Numbered from the stretch's first letter, positions 32,207-42,530 are shown. The stretch is 64,000 nt of DNA from an uncultured Planctomycetota bacterium (GCA_963719315.1 CAVRBU010000005.1:96001-160000), one strand, 5' to 3'. Notes: a model not told the origin generated them from the letters alone. Numbers and translations are program-made.

Positions 32207-32840
32207 CGGTCTCGTCCTCGTACATGCCTTGGTTAATCCACACCTGGACGCCAATATGGCCCTGGGCCGTTTTGGCTTCCACAAAACCGTAATCGATTTT
32301 CGCCCGCAACGTGCTCAGCGGAATCGACCCGGAGATTTGCTTCTCGCGTCGGGCCATTTCGGACCCGCCCAACCGGCCGGCCAATTGCACCTTGATGCCT
32401 TTGGCCCCGGCTTCCATCGTTGTATCCAGCACGCGCTTCATCGTGCGGCGGAAACTGGCTCGCTTGGCGAGTTGCTCAGCGACTTCCTCGGCCACGAGAT
32501 GCGCTTGCAACTCAGGACGCGTGATTTCCTCGATCTTGATGTTGATCCGCCGACCCACCAAGCTCTGCAATTCGTCTTGCAACTGATCGACCTGCTGGCC
32601 CTTGCGACCGATGATTACGCCCGGCCGGGCCGCGTGAAGGACGACCTTCACTTCGTCCCGGGTCCGCTCGATCTCGATCTTGGGGATGCCGGCAAACTTG
32701 TATTTCTCCGTGACGTACTTGCGGATCTTGTGATCTTCCAACAGCAACTCGGCAAACTCCTTCTTGGAAGCGTACCAGCGGCTCTTCCAGCCGATCATAA
32801 TGCCGGTGCGAAAACTAACTGGATTGATCTTTTGACCCAT
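32145..32840 (-). CDS. rpsC: 30S ribosomal protein S3
   Basis: MGQKINP, ARPGVIIGRKG, GRLGGSEMAR, PLSTLRA. Confidence 0.97.
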   Translation of the reverse strand: MGQKINPVSFRTGIMIGWKSRWYASKKEFAELLLEDHKIRKYVTEKYKFAGIPKIEIERTRDEVKVVLHAARPGVIIGRKGQQVDQLQDELQSLVGRRINIKIEEITRPELQAHLVAEEVAEQLAKRASFRRTMKRVLDTTMEAGAKGIKVQLAGRLGGSEMARREKQISGSIPLSTLRAKIDYGFVEAKTAQGHIGVQVWINQGMYEDETDGADAQEGQAPKKPKRAYKR

Positions 32841-32853
32841 GAGTGAACTTCCG

Positions 32854-32910
32854 TTTAGCGCCGGCGGCTACGCCGGTTCAGATAGATTCGGCGTTGCCGC
32901 CGACGCCAAA
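32854..32910. repeat. REP-doublet-like inverted repeat (TTTAGCGYCGGCGGC family)
   Basis: tttagcgccggcggctacgccgg ... ttcggcgttgccgccgacgccaaa; sister copy at 35652-35713. Confidence 0.7.
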
Positions 32911-32927
32911 AGCTTTGTTTCTCCGTG

Positions 32928-33254
32928 CTACTCCACAGTAATACTAATATGTGCACTTCGCCGTGCCACGACGTGCGCCATGCCGCGGGCGCGGGGTCGC
33001 ATCCGCTTGAACATGGGTCCGCCATCGACTCGGGCGTCTTTCACCACGAGGCCGCCGACATTCGGGGCCCGCAAGTCTTCGGCGTTGCCAAGCGCGCTTC
33101 GAATCAACTTCTCGAGCATCCGCGCACCGCGTTGCGGCTGATAGCGTAGGATCGCGAGCGCATCATCGACTGCTTTGCCGCGAATCAAGTCCGCCAGCGG
33201 TCGCACCTTGCGGGCGCTGATCCGAGCATGCCTGTGTATTGCTTTGTAAGCCAT
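32928..33254 (-). CDS. rplV: 50S ribosomal protein L22
   Basis: ARISARKVR, DLIRGK, KRMRPRARG, SAHISI. Confidence 0.97.
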   Translation of the reverse strand: MAYKAIHRHARISARKVRPLADLIRGKAVDDALAILRYQPQRGARMLEKLIRSALGNAEDLRAPNVGGLVVKDARVDGGPMFKRMRPRARGMAHVVARRSAHISITVE

Positions 33255-33257
33255 GGA

Positions 33258-33560
33258 TTAACCCTTTGAAGGACCGCCCGCCGCGGCCGATTCCTTCTTG
33301 CCCTTGCCGCCGTGGCCGCGGAAGCTCCGCGTGGGAGCGAATTCGCCGAGGCGGTGACCGACCATGTCTTCGGTGACAAATACTTTCAAGTGCATTTTGC
33401 CGTTATGCACCATGAACGTGTGGCCAACGAATTCGGGGACAATCGTGCAGGCCCGCGCCCACGTGGTAATGGGATCTTTGATTCCGCGATCGTTCAACTT
33501 ATCGACCTTGCCGAACAGTTTCGCGTCGACGTACGGACCTTTTTTGAGTGAACGACCCAT
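33258..33560 (-). CDS. rpsS: 30S ribosomal protein S19
   Basis: [29 protein letters not shown]. Confidence 0.98.
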   Translation of the reverse strand: MGRSLKKGPYVDAKLFGKVDKLNDRGIKDPITTWARACTIVPEFVGHTFMVHNGKMHLKVFVTEDMVGHRLGEFAPTRSFRGHGGKGKKESAAAGGPSKG

Positions 33561-33566
33561 GTTTCA

Positions 33567-33656
33567 TTAGCTGTTAGCTGTTAGCTGTTAGCTGTTAGCC
33601 AGAATCAAGACCGATGCCTTTTCTGGCTAACAGCTAAAAGCTAAGAGCTAAGAGCT
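33567..33656. repeat. heptamer inverted-repeat hairpin (TTAGCTG / CTAANAG)
   Basis: (ttagctg)x4 ttagccaga ... tctgg ctaacag ctaaaag ctaagag ctaagag. Confidence 0.9.
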
Positions 33657-33670
33657 TATCTCCTACTTAC

Positions 33671-34534
33671 CTACTTTGTTATCAGTTTCTGTACACCGTA
33701 GCGTCGACTGCGACGGCGGCGGACGATTGCTTGATTGGATGCTTTGCGGCGATCGCGCGTCATGCCGCCCTTGGCACTCTTGCCGGTCGGGCTCACGGGG
33801 TGACGGCCACCTTTGGTGCGACCTTCACCACCACCATGTGGATGGTCGATCGGGTTCATCGCCGTGCCGCGATTGTGGGGCTTGCGGCCCAACCAACGTC
33901 GGCGGCCCGCCTTGCCCCACACGATCGCGCTCTGATCGGGATTGCTGGTCGAACCGATCGTGGCCCGGCAGGCGGAGGGGATGCGACGAATTTCACCGCT
34001 GGGCAGCGAAATCTGCGCCCAACCACCTTCGCGAGCCATCAATGTTGCGCTCGTGCCGGCGCTGCGGCACAGCGTGCCGCCCCGGCCGGATTGCAACTCG
34101 ATGTTATGGATTTCCATCCCCAGCGGTATCTTGGTCAGCGGCAAGCAGTTGCCGACCGTCGGCGGGGCGTCGTCACCACTCACTACGGTGTCGCCAGCCT
34201 TCAAACCGTTCGGAGCGACGATGTAGCGCTTCTCGCCGTCCACGTAGTTCAAAAGCGCGATGCGGGCCGTGCGATTCGGATCGTATTGGATCGAATCGAC
34301 CTTGGCAGGAATGCCGTCTTTATTGCGGCGGAAGTCAATCAACCGAAAGCGGCGCTTGTGCCCACCGCCGCGGAACCGCGACGTGATGATACCTTGGTTA
34401 TTGCGGCCGCCCGTTTTCGTTTTGGAGCGCAGCAGCGATTTCTCCGGCTTGGCGCCCTTCGTCAACTCGGCGAAATCGCTGACGGTCGCGCCACGACGGC
34501 CCGGTGTGGTCGGATTGTATTTGCGGATACCCAT
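33671..34534 (-). CDS. rplB: 50S ribosomal protein L2
   Basis: [27 protein letters not shown]. Confidence 0.98.
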   Translation of the reverse strand: MGIRKYNPTTPGRRGATVSDFAELTKGAKPEKSLLRSKTKTGGRNNQGIITSRFRGGGHKRRFRLIDFRRNKDGIPAKVDSIQYDPNRTARIALLNYVDGEKRYIVAPNGLKAGDTVVSGDDAPPTVGNCLPLTKIPLGMEIHNIELQSGRGGTLCRSAGTSATLMAREGGWAQISLPSGEIRRIPSACRATIGSTSNPDQSAIVWGKAGRRRWLGRKPHNRGTAMNPIDHPHGGGEGRTKGGRHPVSPTGKSAKGGMTRDRRKASNQAIVRRRRSRRYGVQKLITK

Positions 34535-34539
34535 GTTTG

Positions 34540-34612
34540 GAGTCGAGAGCTAAGAGTCAAGGGCCGAGGGCCAGAATTCTGGCACTAGACCCTCAACCCT
34601 GGACCCTCGTCC
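34540..34612. repeat. heptamer inverted-repeat hairpin (GRGYCRA / TYGACCC)
   Basis: gagtcga gagctaa gagtcaa gggccga gggccag aatt ctggcac tagaccc tcaaccc tggaccc. Confidence 0.8.
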
Positions 34613-34615
34613 TTC

Positions 34616-34930
34616 CTAGAAGAAATCAATCCTGTGTTCTTTATCCAACGTCACGATCGCCTTTTTCCACGAGGCTGTGCGAGCAAAGTGAACTCCCGAT
34701 TTGCGGGGTTTGCCTTTGCGAGTCTGCGTGTGCACGCTCACCACGGTTACGCTAAACAGTTCATGCACGGCACGGCGAACATCGGCCTTCGTCGCCAGGC
34801 GATGGACCTCGAAGGCGTATGCATTGTTCCGCGTCGAGCGGTGCATACCCTTTTCCGTCACCAACGGCCGCAAGATGATCTGATGCGGCTCGAGGAAGAT
34901 CGATGTCGTTTGTGGGATGGCACGTGGCAT
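34616..34930 (-). CDS. rplW: 50S ribosomal protein L23
   Basis: RPLVTEK, ATKADV, WKKAIVTL. Confidence 0.97.
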   Translation of the reverse strand: MPRAIPQTTSIFLEPHQIILRPLVTEKGMHRSTRNNAYAFEVHRLATKADVRRAVHELFSVTVVSVHTQTRKGKPRKSGVHFARTASWKKAIVTLDKEHRIDFF

Positions 34931-34967
34931 GTGTTATTCGTTCAATTCGGTGGGGGCAAATCGGAGA

Positions 34968-35633
34968 CTACGCCTTGGAAGCGATTTCCGCTTCGCCCTT
35001 GTTTTTCTTGGCTGCTTCAACGAGCGAATCCAACGCGGCTTTCGTGACCAACAACCGCCGCGACGACAACACATTCAACGCATTGAGCTCGGCGGCCGGA
35101 GCGACTGAAATACCAGCGATGTTGCGGGCGCTGCGGTACACATTGGCGTCGTGCCTCGCGGTGGTCACCAACAGCGAATCGCCTGGCTTGTAATCCAGGT
35201 GATTGAGTATGGCCACCATGTCCTTGGTGCGCGGTTCGCCAATCGCCAAATCGTCGATAACGATCAATTCATCGTCCCGCACCTTGGCGGCCAACGCCAT
35301 GCGCGTGGCCGCCTGCAGCGCTTTCCGCGGCAAACGGTAAGAGTAATCGCGATTGTGAATCCGGTGGATGTGCCCGCCGCCGCGACGGATGCCGCTCCGC
35401 TTCGAGCCGGCCCGAGCGTTGCCCGTGCCCTTCTGGCGATACATTTTCTTGGTCGAACCGGCCACGCGGCCACGCGACTTCGTCTGGTGCGAACCTTGCC
35501 GCAGATTCGTCTGGTACATGACGACTGCGTCGTGCAGCAACTGCTTATTGATGCGCAGAGCGAAATCGGTGGGTTCGACGTTGTACGTCCCCACTTTCTT
35601 TCCTTTGCGATCGTAGATGGTAAGCTTGGGCAT
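34968..35633 (-). CDS. rplD: 50S ribosomal protein L4
   Basis: RQGSHQTK, RQKGTGNARAGS, RGGG. Confidence 0.97.
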   Translation of the reverse strand: MPKLTIYDRKGKKVGTYNVEPTDFALRINKQLLHDAVVMYQTNLRQGSHQTKSRGRVAGSTKKMYRQKGTGNARAGSKRSGIRRGGGHIHRIHNRDYSYRLPRKALQAATRMALAAKVRDDELIVIDDLAIGEPRTKDMVAILNHLDYKPGDSLLVTTARHDANVYRSARNIAGISVAPAAELNALNVLSSRRLLVTKAALDSLVEAAKKNKGEAEIASKA

Positions 35634-35651
35634 GTTACGTTTTGGGAGGCC

Positions 35652-35713
35652 TTTAGCGTCGTCGGCAGCGCCGAATTTGTTCGTTGCAGTCCGGCATTAT
35701 CGCCGACGCTAAA
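35652..35713. repeat. REP-doublet-like inverted repeat (TTTAGCGYCG family)
   Basis: tttagcgtcgtcggcagcgccgaa ... tccggcattatcgccgacgctaaa. Confidence 0.7.
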
Positions 35714-35716
35714 CTC

Positions 35717-36406
35717 TTACTTCACCATGTTCGTTGCACGTATCACGATATAACCGCCGACGGGGCCCGGCACTGCGCCACAAATCAGAAGCAAATTGTT
35801 TTCGGTATCCACCTTTAAGACCTTCTGGTTGCGGACCGTCTTGGTGACGTTGCCGTGTTGGCCCGGCATCCGCTTGCCTTTGACGACGCGGCTGGGGAAG
35901 GCGCTGGCGCCCGTACCGCCGAGTGCGCGGTGACACTTCTTTACGCCGTGCGTGGCCCGTTGGCCGGAGAAATTGTGCCGACGAATCGCGCCGGAAAAGC
36001 CGCGGCCTTTGCAAATTGCCGTGACATCAACAGACTTTACGTCGGCTAGCGTATCGATTTTGACCTGGCCGCCGACGGCCAATTCGCCGGCTGGACCGCG
36101 GATTTCGCGGACAAAACGCTTCGGCTCGCAGCCGGCCTTGGCCAGCAATTCGACGCCGCCTGCCGATCGCTTTTTGGATCGCTTGCTGTCGAGCTTGGCA
36201 ACATGACCACGTACACTTCGGCCAGCTAAGCGGCGGGGCTTATCGGCGAAGCCCAATTGTACGGCCTCGTACCCATCTCGTTCGACGGTGCGGAGTTGCA
36301 GCACGTCGCACGGGCCGGCCTGGATGACCGTCACCGGGACTACCTGCCCAGCCTCGTCGTAGAGCTGCGTCATCCCGACCTTGCGGCCGAGTATTCCAAT
36401 TGCCAT
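35717..36406 (-). CDS. rplC: 50S ribosomal protein L3
   Basis: GRKVGMTQ, DGYEAVQLG, KGRGF, GAVPG. Confidence 0.97.
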   Translation of the reverse strand: MAIGILGRKVGMTQLYDEAGQVVPVTVIQAGPCDVLQLRTVERDGYEAVQLGFADKPRRLAGRSVRGHVAKLDSKRSKKRSAGGVELLAKAGCEPKRFVREIRGPAGELAVGGQVKIDTLADVKSVDVTAICKGRGFSGAIRRHNFSGQRATHGVKKCHRALGGTGASAFPSRVVKGKRMPGQHGNVTKTVRNQKVLKVDTENNLLLICGAVPGPVGGYIVIRATNMVK

Positions 36407-36500
36407 CGGAGTGTACCTTTGGTCATTTGCCCCGCGGGAGACACGCGATCTAATCTCGCGCCTTACCCGCTTGGCATCCGGTCATGTCTTCGCTTTTGTT

Positions 36501-36551
36501 TGTCAGTCGTCAGTGGTCCGTGGCTGATTTGCAACGGACAACGGACTACGA
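36501..36551. repeat. heptamer inverted-repeat hairpin (TCMGTGG / CAACGGA)
   Basis: tcagtcg tcagtgg tccgtgg ... caacgga caacgga ctacga. Confidence 0.7.
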
Positions 36552-36554
36552 TCC

Positions 36555-36878
36555 TCAACCGCTCGTCGCTTTGATTTTGATATCCACCCCGGCCGGCAGG
36601 CTCAACTTGTTGAGCGCTTCGATCGTTTTGGCCGTGGCCTGGACGATATCGATCAGCCGCTTGTGCGTGCGGATTTCGAACTGCTGCCGGGATTTCTTGT
36701 CCACATGCGGGCTGCGGAGCACCGTGTAGCGCTCAATTCGCGTCGGCAACGGGATCGGCCCATGCACGATCGAATTGGTCCGCTTGGCCGTATCGACAAT
36801 CTCCGCCGCGCTTTGATCCAGCACCGAGTGGTCGTACGCTTCCATGCGGATGCGAATAATTTCCTTTGAAGTTGCCAC
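36555..36878 (-). CDS. rpsJ: 30S ribosomal protein S10
   Basis: [31 protein letters not shown]. Confidence 0.98.
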   Translation of the reverse strand: MATSKEIIRIRMEAYDHSVLDQSAAEIVDTAKRTNSIVHGPIPLPTRIERYTVLRSPHVDKKSRQQFEIRTHKRLIDIVQATAKTIEALNKLSLPAGVDIKIKATSG

Positions 36879-37190
36879 GTATGAACTTCCCTCAGCCGCC
36901 ACCGGCACCAGTTATCAAACAGCCCAAAATCCGCTTCCCCGGCGGCATTAAGCGCAATCGCCTTCGCCGCGCAATCTCATGGGGAACTGGTGATGATACC
37001 GCTCGCAGAGAAACACTGTCAACGCCATCGATTGTGGATCCACAGGAATTTCTTTCCTGGTTTGCAACGGCGGGGGTGGCTGGGGTCAAGTCCGCCGCGG
37101 CGGAGGAGCCCCCAGCGTGCCGGTGCTCGGAAGTCCTCCGACCCCAGCTGCCCTTACCATATCGAGCAAAGATTTTCTGGATAAGAACCA

Positions 37191-37229
37191 TTGACCGCGA
37201 CGAACTAGTGTATTACTATACCAATACAC
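37191..37229 (+). promoter_or_regulatory. sigma70 promoter overlapped by a YtrA/GntR-type operator
   Basis: TTGACC-N17-TACTAT; palindrome GTGTATT-N8-AATACAC (37208-37229) abuts the ATG. Confidence 0.75.
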
Positions 37230-37625
37230 ATGGCCGACGCACCTACTCTTTTCGAGATCAATCCAAATTCCGGTGTGCCGATTTACCGGCAAATCGTGGA
37301 TCAGGTCCAAGCCCTGGTCACCGGCGGCCTGCTTCGTGAGGGCGATCTTCTTCCCAGCGTCCGGCAAGTGGCGCAAGAGGCGGCCATTAATCCAATGACG
37401 GTCAGCAAGGCCTACTCGCGGCTGGAGGCCGAGGGCGTTGTCCGCCGAGCCCGCGGTCTGGGGATGCAGGTTCTTCCGCCGTCCCAAAACGGATCGCTCG
37501 ATGCACGGAAACAGCAATTCCGTGAAACGATTGAGCCGGCGCTTCAGCGTGCCCGGCAACTGGGCCTCAACCCGAAGCAAATCCGGGAAGTCATATCCTC
37601 CCTTATACAGGATCAACAACCATGA
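37230..37625 (+). CDS. GntR-family regulator (YtrA subfamily)
   Basis: PIYRQI, LPSVRQVA, INPMTVSKAY, short C-domain. Confidence 0.92.
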   Translation: MADAPTLFEINPNSGVPIYRQIVDQVQALVTGGLLREGDLLPSVRQVAQEAAINPMTVSKAYSRLEAEGVVRRARGLGMQVLPPSQNGSLDARKQQFRETIEPALQRARQLGLNPKQIREVISSLIQDQQP

Positions 37626-38512
37626 ACGATGCTGTGCTCCGCGCCGACCGCTTGCGAAAAAGCTTCGGCGGAAAAGAAGTGCTGCGGGGCGTCGACCTCG
37701 CCATTGAACCGGGCACGGTCCTCGGCCTGTTGGGCGCCAACGGCAGCGGCAAGACAACGCTCATCAAATGCGCGCTAGGCCTGTTGCGTGCGACCTCGGG
37801 CAGCGTCACGGTGCTCGGCGAAGATTCATGGAATCTTTCGGGGACGGCAAAAGCGCGGCTCGGCTACGTCCCGCAGGAAGTGACGAGCTATCCTTGGATG
37901 CGTGTCAGACAGGTAATCGCCTACACGGCTGCGTTCTACGAGCGATGGAACCACGAGTTCGTCGCCACGCTGTGCGAGCGGTGGCACGTGCCGCTCGAAG
38001 ACCGCGTCGGCGCGCTCTCTACCGGCCAACTACAAACGGTGGGGATCGTTTTGGCGCTTGGCCATCAGCCCGAACTGCTGGTGCTGGATGAACCGGTGGC
38101 CAGCCTCGACCCCTCGGCCCGGCGGCAGTTCTTGCGGACGCTCCTGGAGCTGCTGCAGGACCAGAAGCAATCGATCCTGTTCAGTACGCACATCACGAGC
38201 GATCTGGAGCGAGTGGCCGAACGGGTTGCAATCTTGGGCGACGGCAAAATCCGCTTCCACGGCGAGTTGGGTGAGCTCAAAGACCGCGTCAAACGCCTGC
38301 GAATCACGGCCCGGCGCGATCTGCCGGCCAGTTTCGCCGTGCCCGGCGCGTTGCGGTGCGAAGTGGTCGGGGCACATGCCACGGTGAGCGTGGCCGATTT
38401 CGACGAACGGCTCGTCGCCCAAATGCGCCACACCTGGAACGCCGATGTGTCGGTGAATGACCTCAACCTCGAAGAAATCTTTTTGGAGATGCACGATGGC
38501 GCTGCAAATTGA
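37622..38512 (+). CDS. ABC transporter ATP-binding protein
   Basis: GANGSGKTT, LSTGQ, LVLDEP, STH. Confidence 0.93.
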   Translation: MNDAVLRADRLRKSFGGKEVLRGVDLAIEPGTVLGLLGANGSGKTTLIKCALGLLRATSGSVTVLGEDSWNLSGTAKARLGYVPQEVTSYPWMRVRQVIAYTAAFYERWNHEFVATLCERWHVPLEDRVGALSTGQLQTVGIVLALGHQPELLVLDEPVASLDPSARRQFLRTLLELLQDQKQSILFSTHITSDLERVAERVAILGDGKIRFHGELGELKDRVKRLRITARRDLPASFAVPGALRCEVVGAHATVSVADFDERLVAQMRHTWNADVSVNDLNLEEIFLEMHDGAAN

Positions 38513-38765
38513 ATCGACTTCTTTCAGCGACCGGCTGAGTTCGCTCGAAGCGTGGATTTGGCCGATGACGGCCGCTATTGTGGTCGGCGGCGCGCTCGTG
38601 TTTTCGAGCTTGGTCGGCCTGTTTTGGCTGGCGGCTCACCCGGTTCAACAATCGACAGTGATCTGGGTGCAACCGCCAACGAGCGCCGCATCCGCCGAAG
38701 AACAACCTGTCGCGGCGAACGCGACCACTGCGCTGGAGAATCGCGACGATGCTCGAACAAATTAA
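38496..38765 (+). CDS. small membrane protein in ABC operon
   Basis: One TM segment; overlaps both neighbours. Confidence 0.45.
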   Translation: MALQIESTSFSDRLSSLEAWIWPMTAAIVVGGALVFSSLVGLFWLAAHPVQQSTVIWVQPPTSAASAEEQPVAANATTALENRDDARTN

Positions 38766-40148
38766 GCAAGTCGGCATGACGTACGTGACGCAGCGCTACC
38801 TGTGGTGGGGGCTCGGGCTCTTGAGCCTCATGTGGCTGCCCAATTTCATACTCGTGGTGGGCAGGCGTCCAGGGGTGGATGCCGCGTCACCGATGTTGTT
38901 CGCGATTGGCATGCCGATGTTTATCTTGCTGCCATTTCTGGTTGGCCAAATCAAAATGCAGTTCGGCCATTCGCGCGCTCGATTGATGCCGCAGTTTTTT
39001 CCGGCGCACCTCGTCGTATTAGGCAGCATTTTGCTGACGGCGTTCCTGCTCTATCCGTGGCTCTTGGCTAGTTTATCCAGAGTAGAGCCGCTAGGGCTGA
39101 TCGCGCTGGCACTGGCCATCGGCGTGCCGGCTATATGGGGCGTGCATCTAAATCGCTTTTCCGCAACGCTGATCTCGCTCGGAGTATTTTACAGTTTGCT
39201 CACCGACTGGGGTCTCCATTGGTGGATCATTGATGCCTCCTCGCACCGGGGAGTGCACGTACTCCTCGTCGCGGCTGGAGTGTTTCTTGCAATTGCCTGG
39301 CTATGGCGACTTTGCGAACTAACGGAGGAAATGCCCGACTACCAAAACATGTATGCGCTCATGCTGGCTCGTCGCACCGGCTCCGAAGCGATCGAACAAC
39401 GCCGCATCGTGGCCGCGCAGGTTCGGCGCAATCAGTTGCTCGCCAGGGTCGGTGACTGGTGGTTTGACCGGTTAGGCGGCTACTACGGCGGCAGCAAAGC
39501 TGGCCTGGCTCGGATCTTGCGCTACGGCTTTGCGGCGAACCCGATCGAAGTGCAGGCTCTGTACATGGTGGTCATGATCATCGCGGTCGGCCTGTTCTTG
39601 AGCAGATTCAGTATCCTCGCGAAAGCGGGCGCCAACTTTGCGCGCTGTTTTTCTTTATTCAATTCTCTGTTCTCCTTCCCGCCCAAACCGCGGGCGAGAT
39701 GATGGCTCAACGGCGGCCACGAATCTCTTGGGAAATGCTGCTTCCCATATCGCGATCCCAATTGATCGACGGACTATTCGCCGCGTCGATTCGCAATGCA
39801 TTTACCTTGTGGATAATGATGAACGGCGCGCTTTTGGTCGTAATTAGTCTGATGGAAAATCAAATATCGCCGGGATCGCTGGGCATGTTTCTGTTGATGT
39901 CCGCCTCGACGATGTTTGCCGCATTGGGTGTAGCGTTGCGAATTGCGGTTTGGCCATCGATGGCCAAGCGGCTGACCGTATTGTTCGTCAGTTGTATCGT
40001 TTTCCTCGGGCCGATGGTGGCGTGGTGGAATTTACGGGAAACGGTCGGCGATTGGCCATTCGCTGTGGCAGCCCTAGTTGTGGTCGTGCTAGGCGCCGGA
40101 TTGATCTACGAAGCCCGCCGGGCGTGGCTGCGGCTCGAAGCCGGATAG
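38749..40148 (+). CDS. multi-pass membrane protein, ABC permease-like (probable frameshift near 39640)
   Basis: Two consecutive hydrophobic ORFs (38749-39702, 39699-40148) after the ATPase. Confidence 0.65.
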
Positions 40149-40241
40149 CTCGATAAGACTCAAAAGCCATAGCCGCGGTGCTACGGTCGCCGCGGCGACC
40201 CGTGCCCTGCGGCGCGTAGCATCCCGGCTATAATAGAGTTT

Positions 40242-41456
40242 ATGAAACTCCTCCGCGTCCACCAAAAACTGGTCTCGAACCCGATCGCAGATATTCGCGC
40301 AGCTGTGCGCGAGCAACTCGATGGGCTGGGACTGAAAGTGCCGCAAGGCGATGTCGGCATCACCGCCGGCAGCCGTGGCATTGCCAATATCGCGGCCATC
40401 ACGCACGCGGCCGGCGATTGGCTTCGCGACCACGGAGCCCGACCGTTTCTATTCCCCGCGATGGGCTCTCACAACGGCGGCACCGCCGAAGGGCAGCGGG
40501 CGATGATCGAATCGCTCGGCCTCACGGAGCAAGCGATGGGCATGCCAATCCGCGCATCGATGGACGTCGCGAAGCTCGGCACCGTTTCGACCGGCGACGT
40601 CTGGATGGACCGCATCGCTTTCGAGTCGGACGGCGTGCTCGTCTTGAATCGCGTCAAGCTCCACACCTGCTTCTCCGGGCCGGTGCAGAGCGGGCTTACG
40701 AAGATGATGGTCGTCGGCATGGGCAAAACGCCTTCCGCCACCACGTTCCACTCCGCCCCCACGCCGCAGATGAAAGAGATGTTGCTGGAGATGGGCCAGG
40801 TCGTGCTGGACTCCGGCAAGATTTGGGCCGGACTCGCGATTCTCGAAGACGGCTACGACCAAACGGCCGAGCTACACGCTGTGCGACCAGCCGATATCCT
40901 GCGACGCGAGCCCGAACTCGTCGAACGGCATCGCCACTATTTCCCGCGACTACCGCTCGACCACATCAACGTGCTGGTGGTCGATGCGATCGGCAAGACG
41001 TTCAGCGGCACGGGGATGGATACGAATGTCATCGGCTACCGCGGCGTGCGCGATGGCGAGGACCTCACCAAACCGGTCATTCACCAGATTGCGGCCCTAT
41101 CGCTGGCCGAGGCATCGCACGGCAACGCGATCGGCGTCGGCCTCGCCGACTTCATCACTCGCCGCCTCCGCGACGCCATCGACGAGCAAAAGACGTTCCT
41201 CAATACCTTCACCACCGGCCACATGGGCCGGGCAAAAATCCCGGTCGCGCTCCGCGATGATGAAGCGCTCTTTCAGATACTCGTAGAGCGGTACGGCGAG
41301 CAAGGCTGGCTCATCATCCCCAACACGTTGCACCTGGAAACCCTGTACGCCAGCCCCGATTTGCGCGATTCGCTGGAAGCCAATCCGATCTGCTCAATTG
41401 ATTCGGAGCCTGTGGAACTGACATTCAAGGAAGGTCGGCAGCAGTTGGTCTTTTAG
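40242..41456 (+). CDS. LarA/DUF2088-like (lactate racemase N-domain) protein
   Basis: ITAGSRGIANI, PAMGSHNGGTAEGQ, NRVKLHT, SGTGMDTNVIG. Confidence 0.8.
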   Translation: MKLLRVHQKLVSNPIADIRAAVREQLDGLGLKVPQGDVGITAGSRGIANIAAITHAAGDWLRDHGARPFLFPAMGSHNGGTAEGQRAMIESLGLTEQAMGMPIRASMDVAKLGTVSTGDVWMDRIAFESDGVLVLNRVKLHTCFSGPVQSGLTKMMVVGMGKTPSATTFHSAPTPQMKEMLLEMGQVVLDSGKIWAGLAILEDGYDQTAELHAVRPADILRREPELVERHRHYFPRLPLDHINVLVVDAIGKTFSGTGMDTNVIGYRGVRDGEDLTKPVIHQIAALSLAEASHGNAIGVGLADFITRRLRDAIDEQKTFLNTFTTGHMGRAKIPVALRDDEALFQILVERYGEQGWLIIPNTLHLETLYASPDLRDSLEANPICSIDSEPVELTFKEGRQQLVF

Positions 41457-41801
41457 AGGTTGGCCCAGAGAGTCCAATTTTCCGTGGCTACAAACGGCTC
41501 GGCTGTCGCCACACTGACCTCCACTCCGGCAGGGATGGATGCCAGCGGGAGCAGTGGAGCGACTATTGTTTGTTTCGTTGCGGGACGACTTCTATGCTGG
41601 GAAAGCCGCCCAAAGGTGAAAAAAACGGGCGGCCCACCAGAAAAAATCCCTGAAACTATCGCCGATTAGGTTGACTTTTTGTCCCACCCGGATTAGGCTC
41701 GCTTTTGGAACCGGTGAGGGGGCAATCGGTAAGTAGGTGCCGGCACCGTCGGCGCTCCGAGTTTCTTCTCTTCAGGCCCGTGGCCAAAGGAGTCGCTAAT
41801 C

Positions 41802-42530
41802 ATGTACACCCCATACAGGCGGATCGCGTCGTGCGTAGCCGCGCTGGTCGCTGCCGTGGTATTCGCTGGCCCCGCAGGAGCACAAATGTCGGGAGTGCCT
41901 GCCGGCGTCGGCAACGACCCGCCCGAAGGCCCATTTGTGTTCGACAATGGTATGGCGATGGTAATGAGCCCAACGGGCGGTCCCATTCCCATCACGATCG
42001 ATCCAAACGCTCCGCCGTGGATCAAGACTTTTCAAATCCCGCCCGGCACGACGATTATTCCCGGCCAGACCTTTCCAGTCTGGGAAAAGTTGTTGATTAT
42101 TCCACCGCCGCCCACCAGCGGCCCGCCGTTGCCACTAACAGATTGGCACGAGCACATTCACGGTTCGAATCCGCCCGGTTTGCCGTTTGGCTGGGCAGGT
42201 GGAACCTTGGCTGTTCACAATCCGACAGATCCCGATGGGCTTCCACCACTAGTGCAAGTCCCCGGCATGGTCGATCCAACGGACCCAACTGGTATTTGGT
42301 TTGACATATCTCACTTCCCACCGATACCGATTCCGCCCAACGGCCTGCCGGTTTGGATCCACAAGGAGTTGGTTTACAACGGCGCCGTGGTGCTAACACC
42401 AAGCACAGCCCCGCTCAGTATTGTCGTCTGGGAGCACCCGACCACCACGCCGGAACCCAGCTCGATCGTGTTGGCTGGTCTCGGCGGCTTGGCGTTGCTG
42501 GCCAGGCGACGGCGGCTGGCTCAAAAGTAA
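41802..42530 (+). CDS. Pro-rich PEP-CTERM exoprotein
   Basis: Signal peptide; TPEPSSIVLAGLGGLALLARRRR. Confidence 0.88.
   Translation: MYTPYRRIASCVAALVAAVVFAGPAGAQMSGVPAGVGNDPPEGPFVFDNGMAMVMSPTGGPIPITIDPNAPPWIKTFQIPPGTTIIPGQTFPVWEKLLIIPPPPTSGPPLPLTDWHEHIHGSNPPGLPFGWAGGTLAVHNPTDPDGLPPLVQVPGMVDPTDPTGIWFDISHFPPIPIPPNGLPVWIHKELVYNGAVVLTPSTAPLSIVVWEHPTTTPEPSSIVLAGLGGLALLARRRRLAQK

Noticed and set aside
21401..36551. Heptamer arrays as CRISPR repeats or Rho-independent terminators
   Set aside because: No repeat-spacer alternation and no cas genes; stems lack U-tracts and lie inside co-oriented operons
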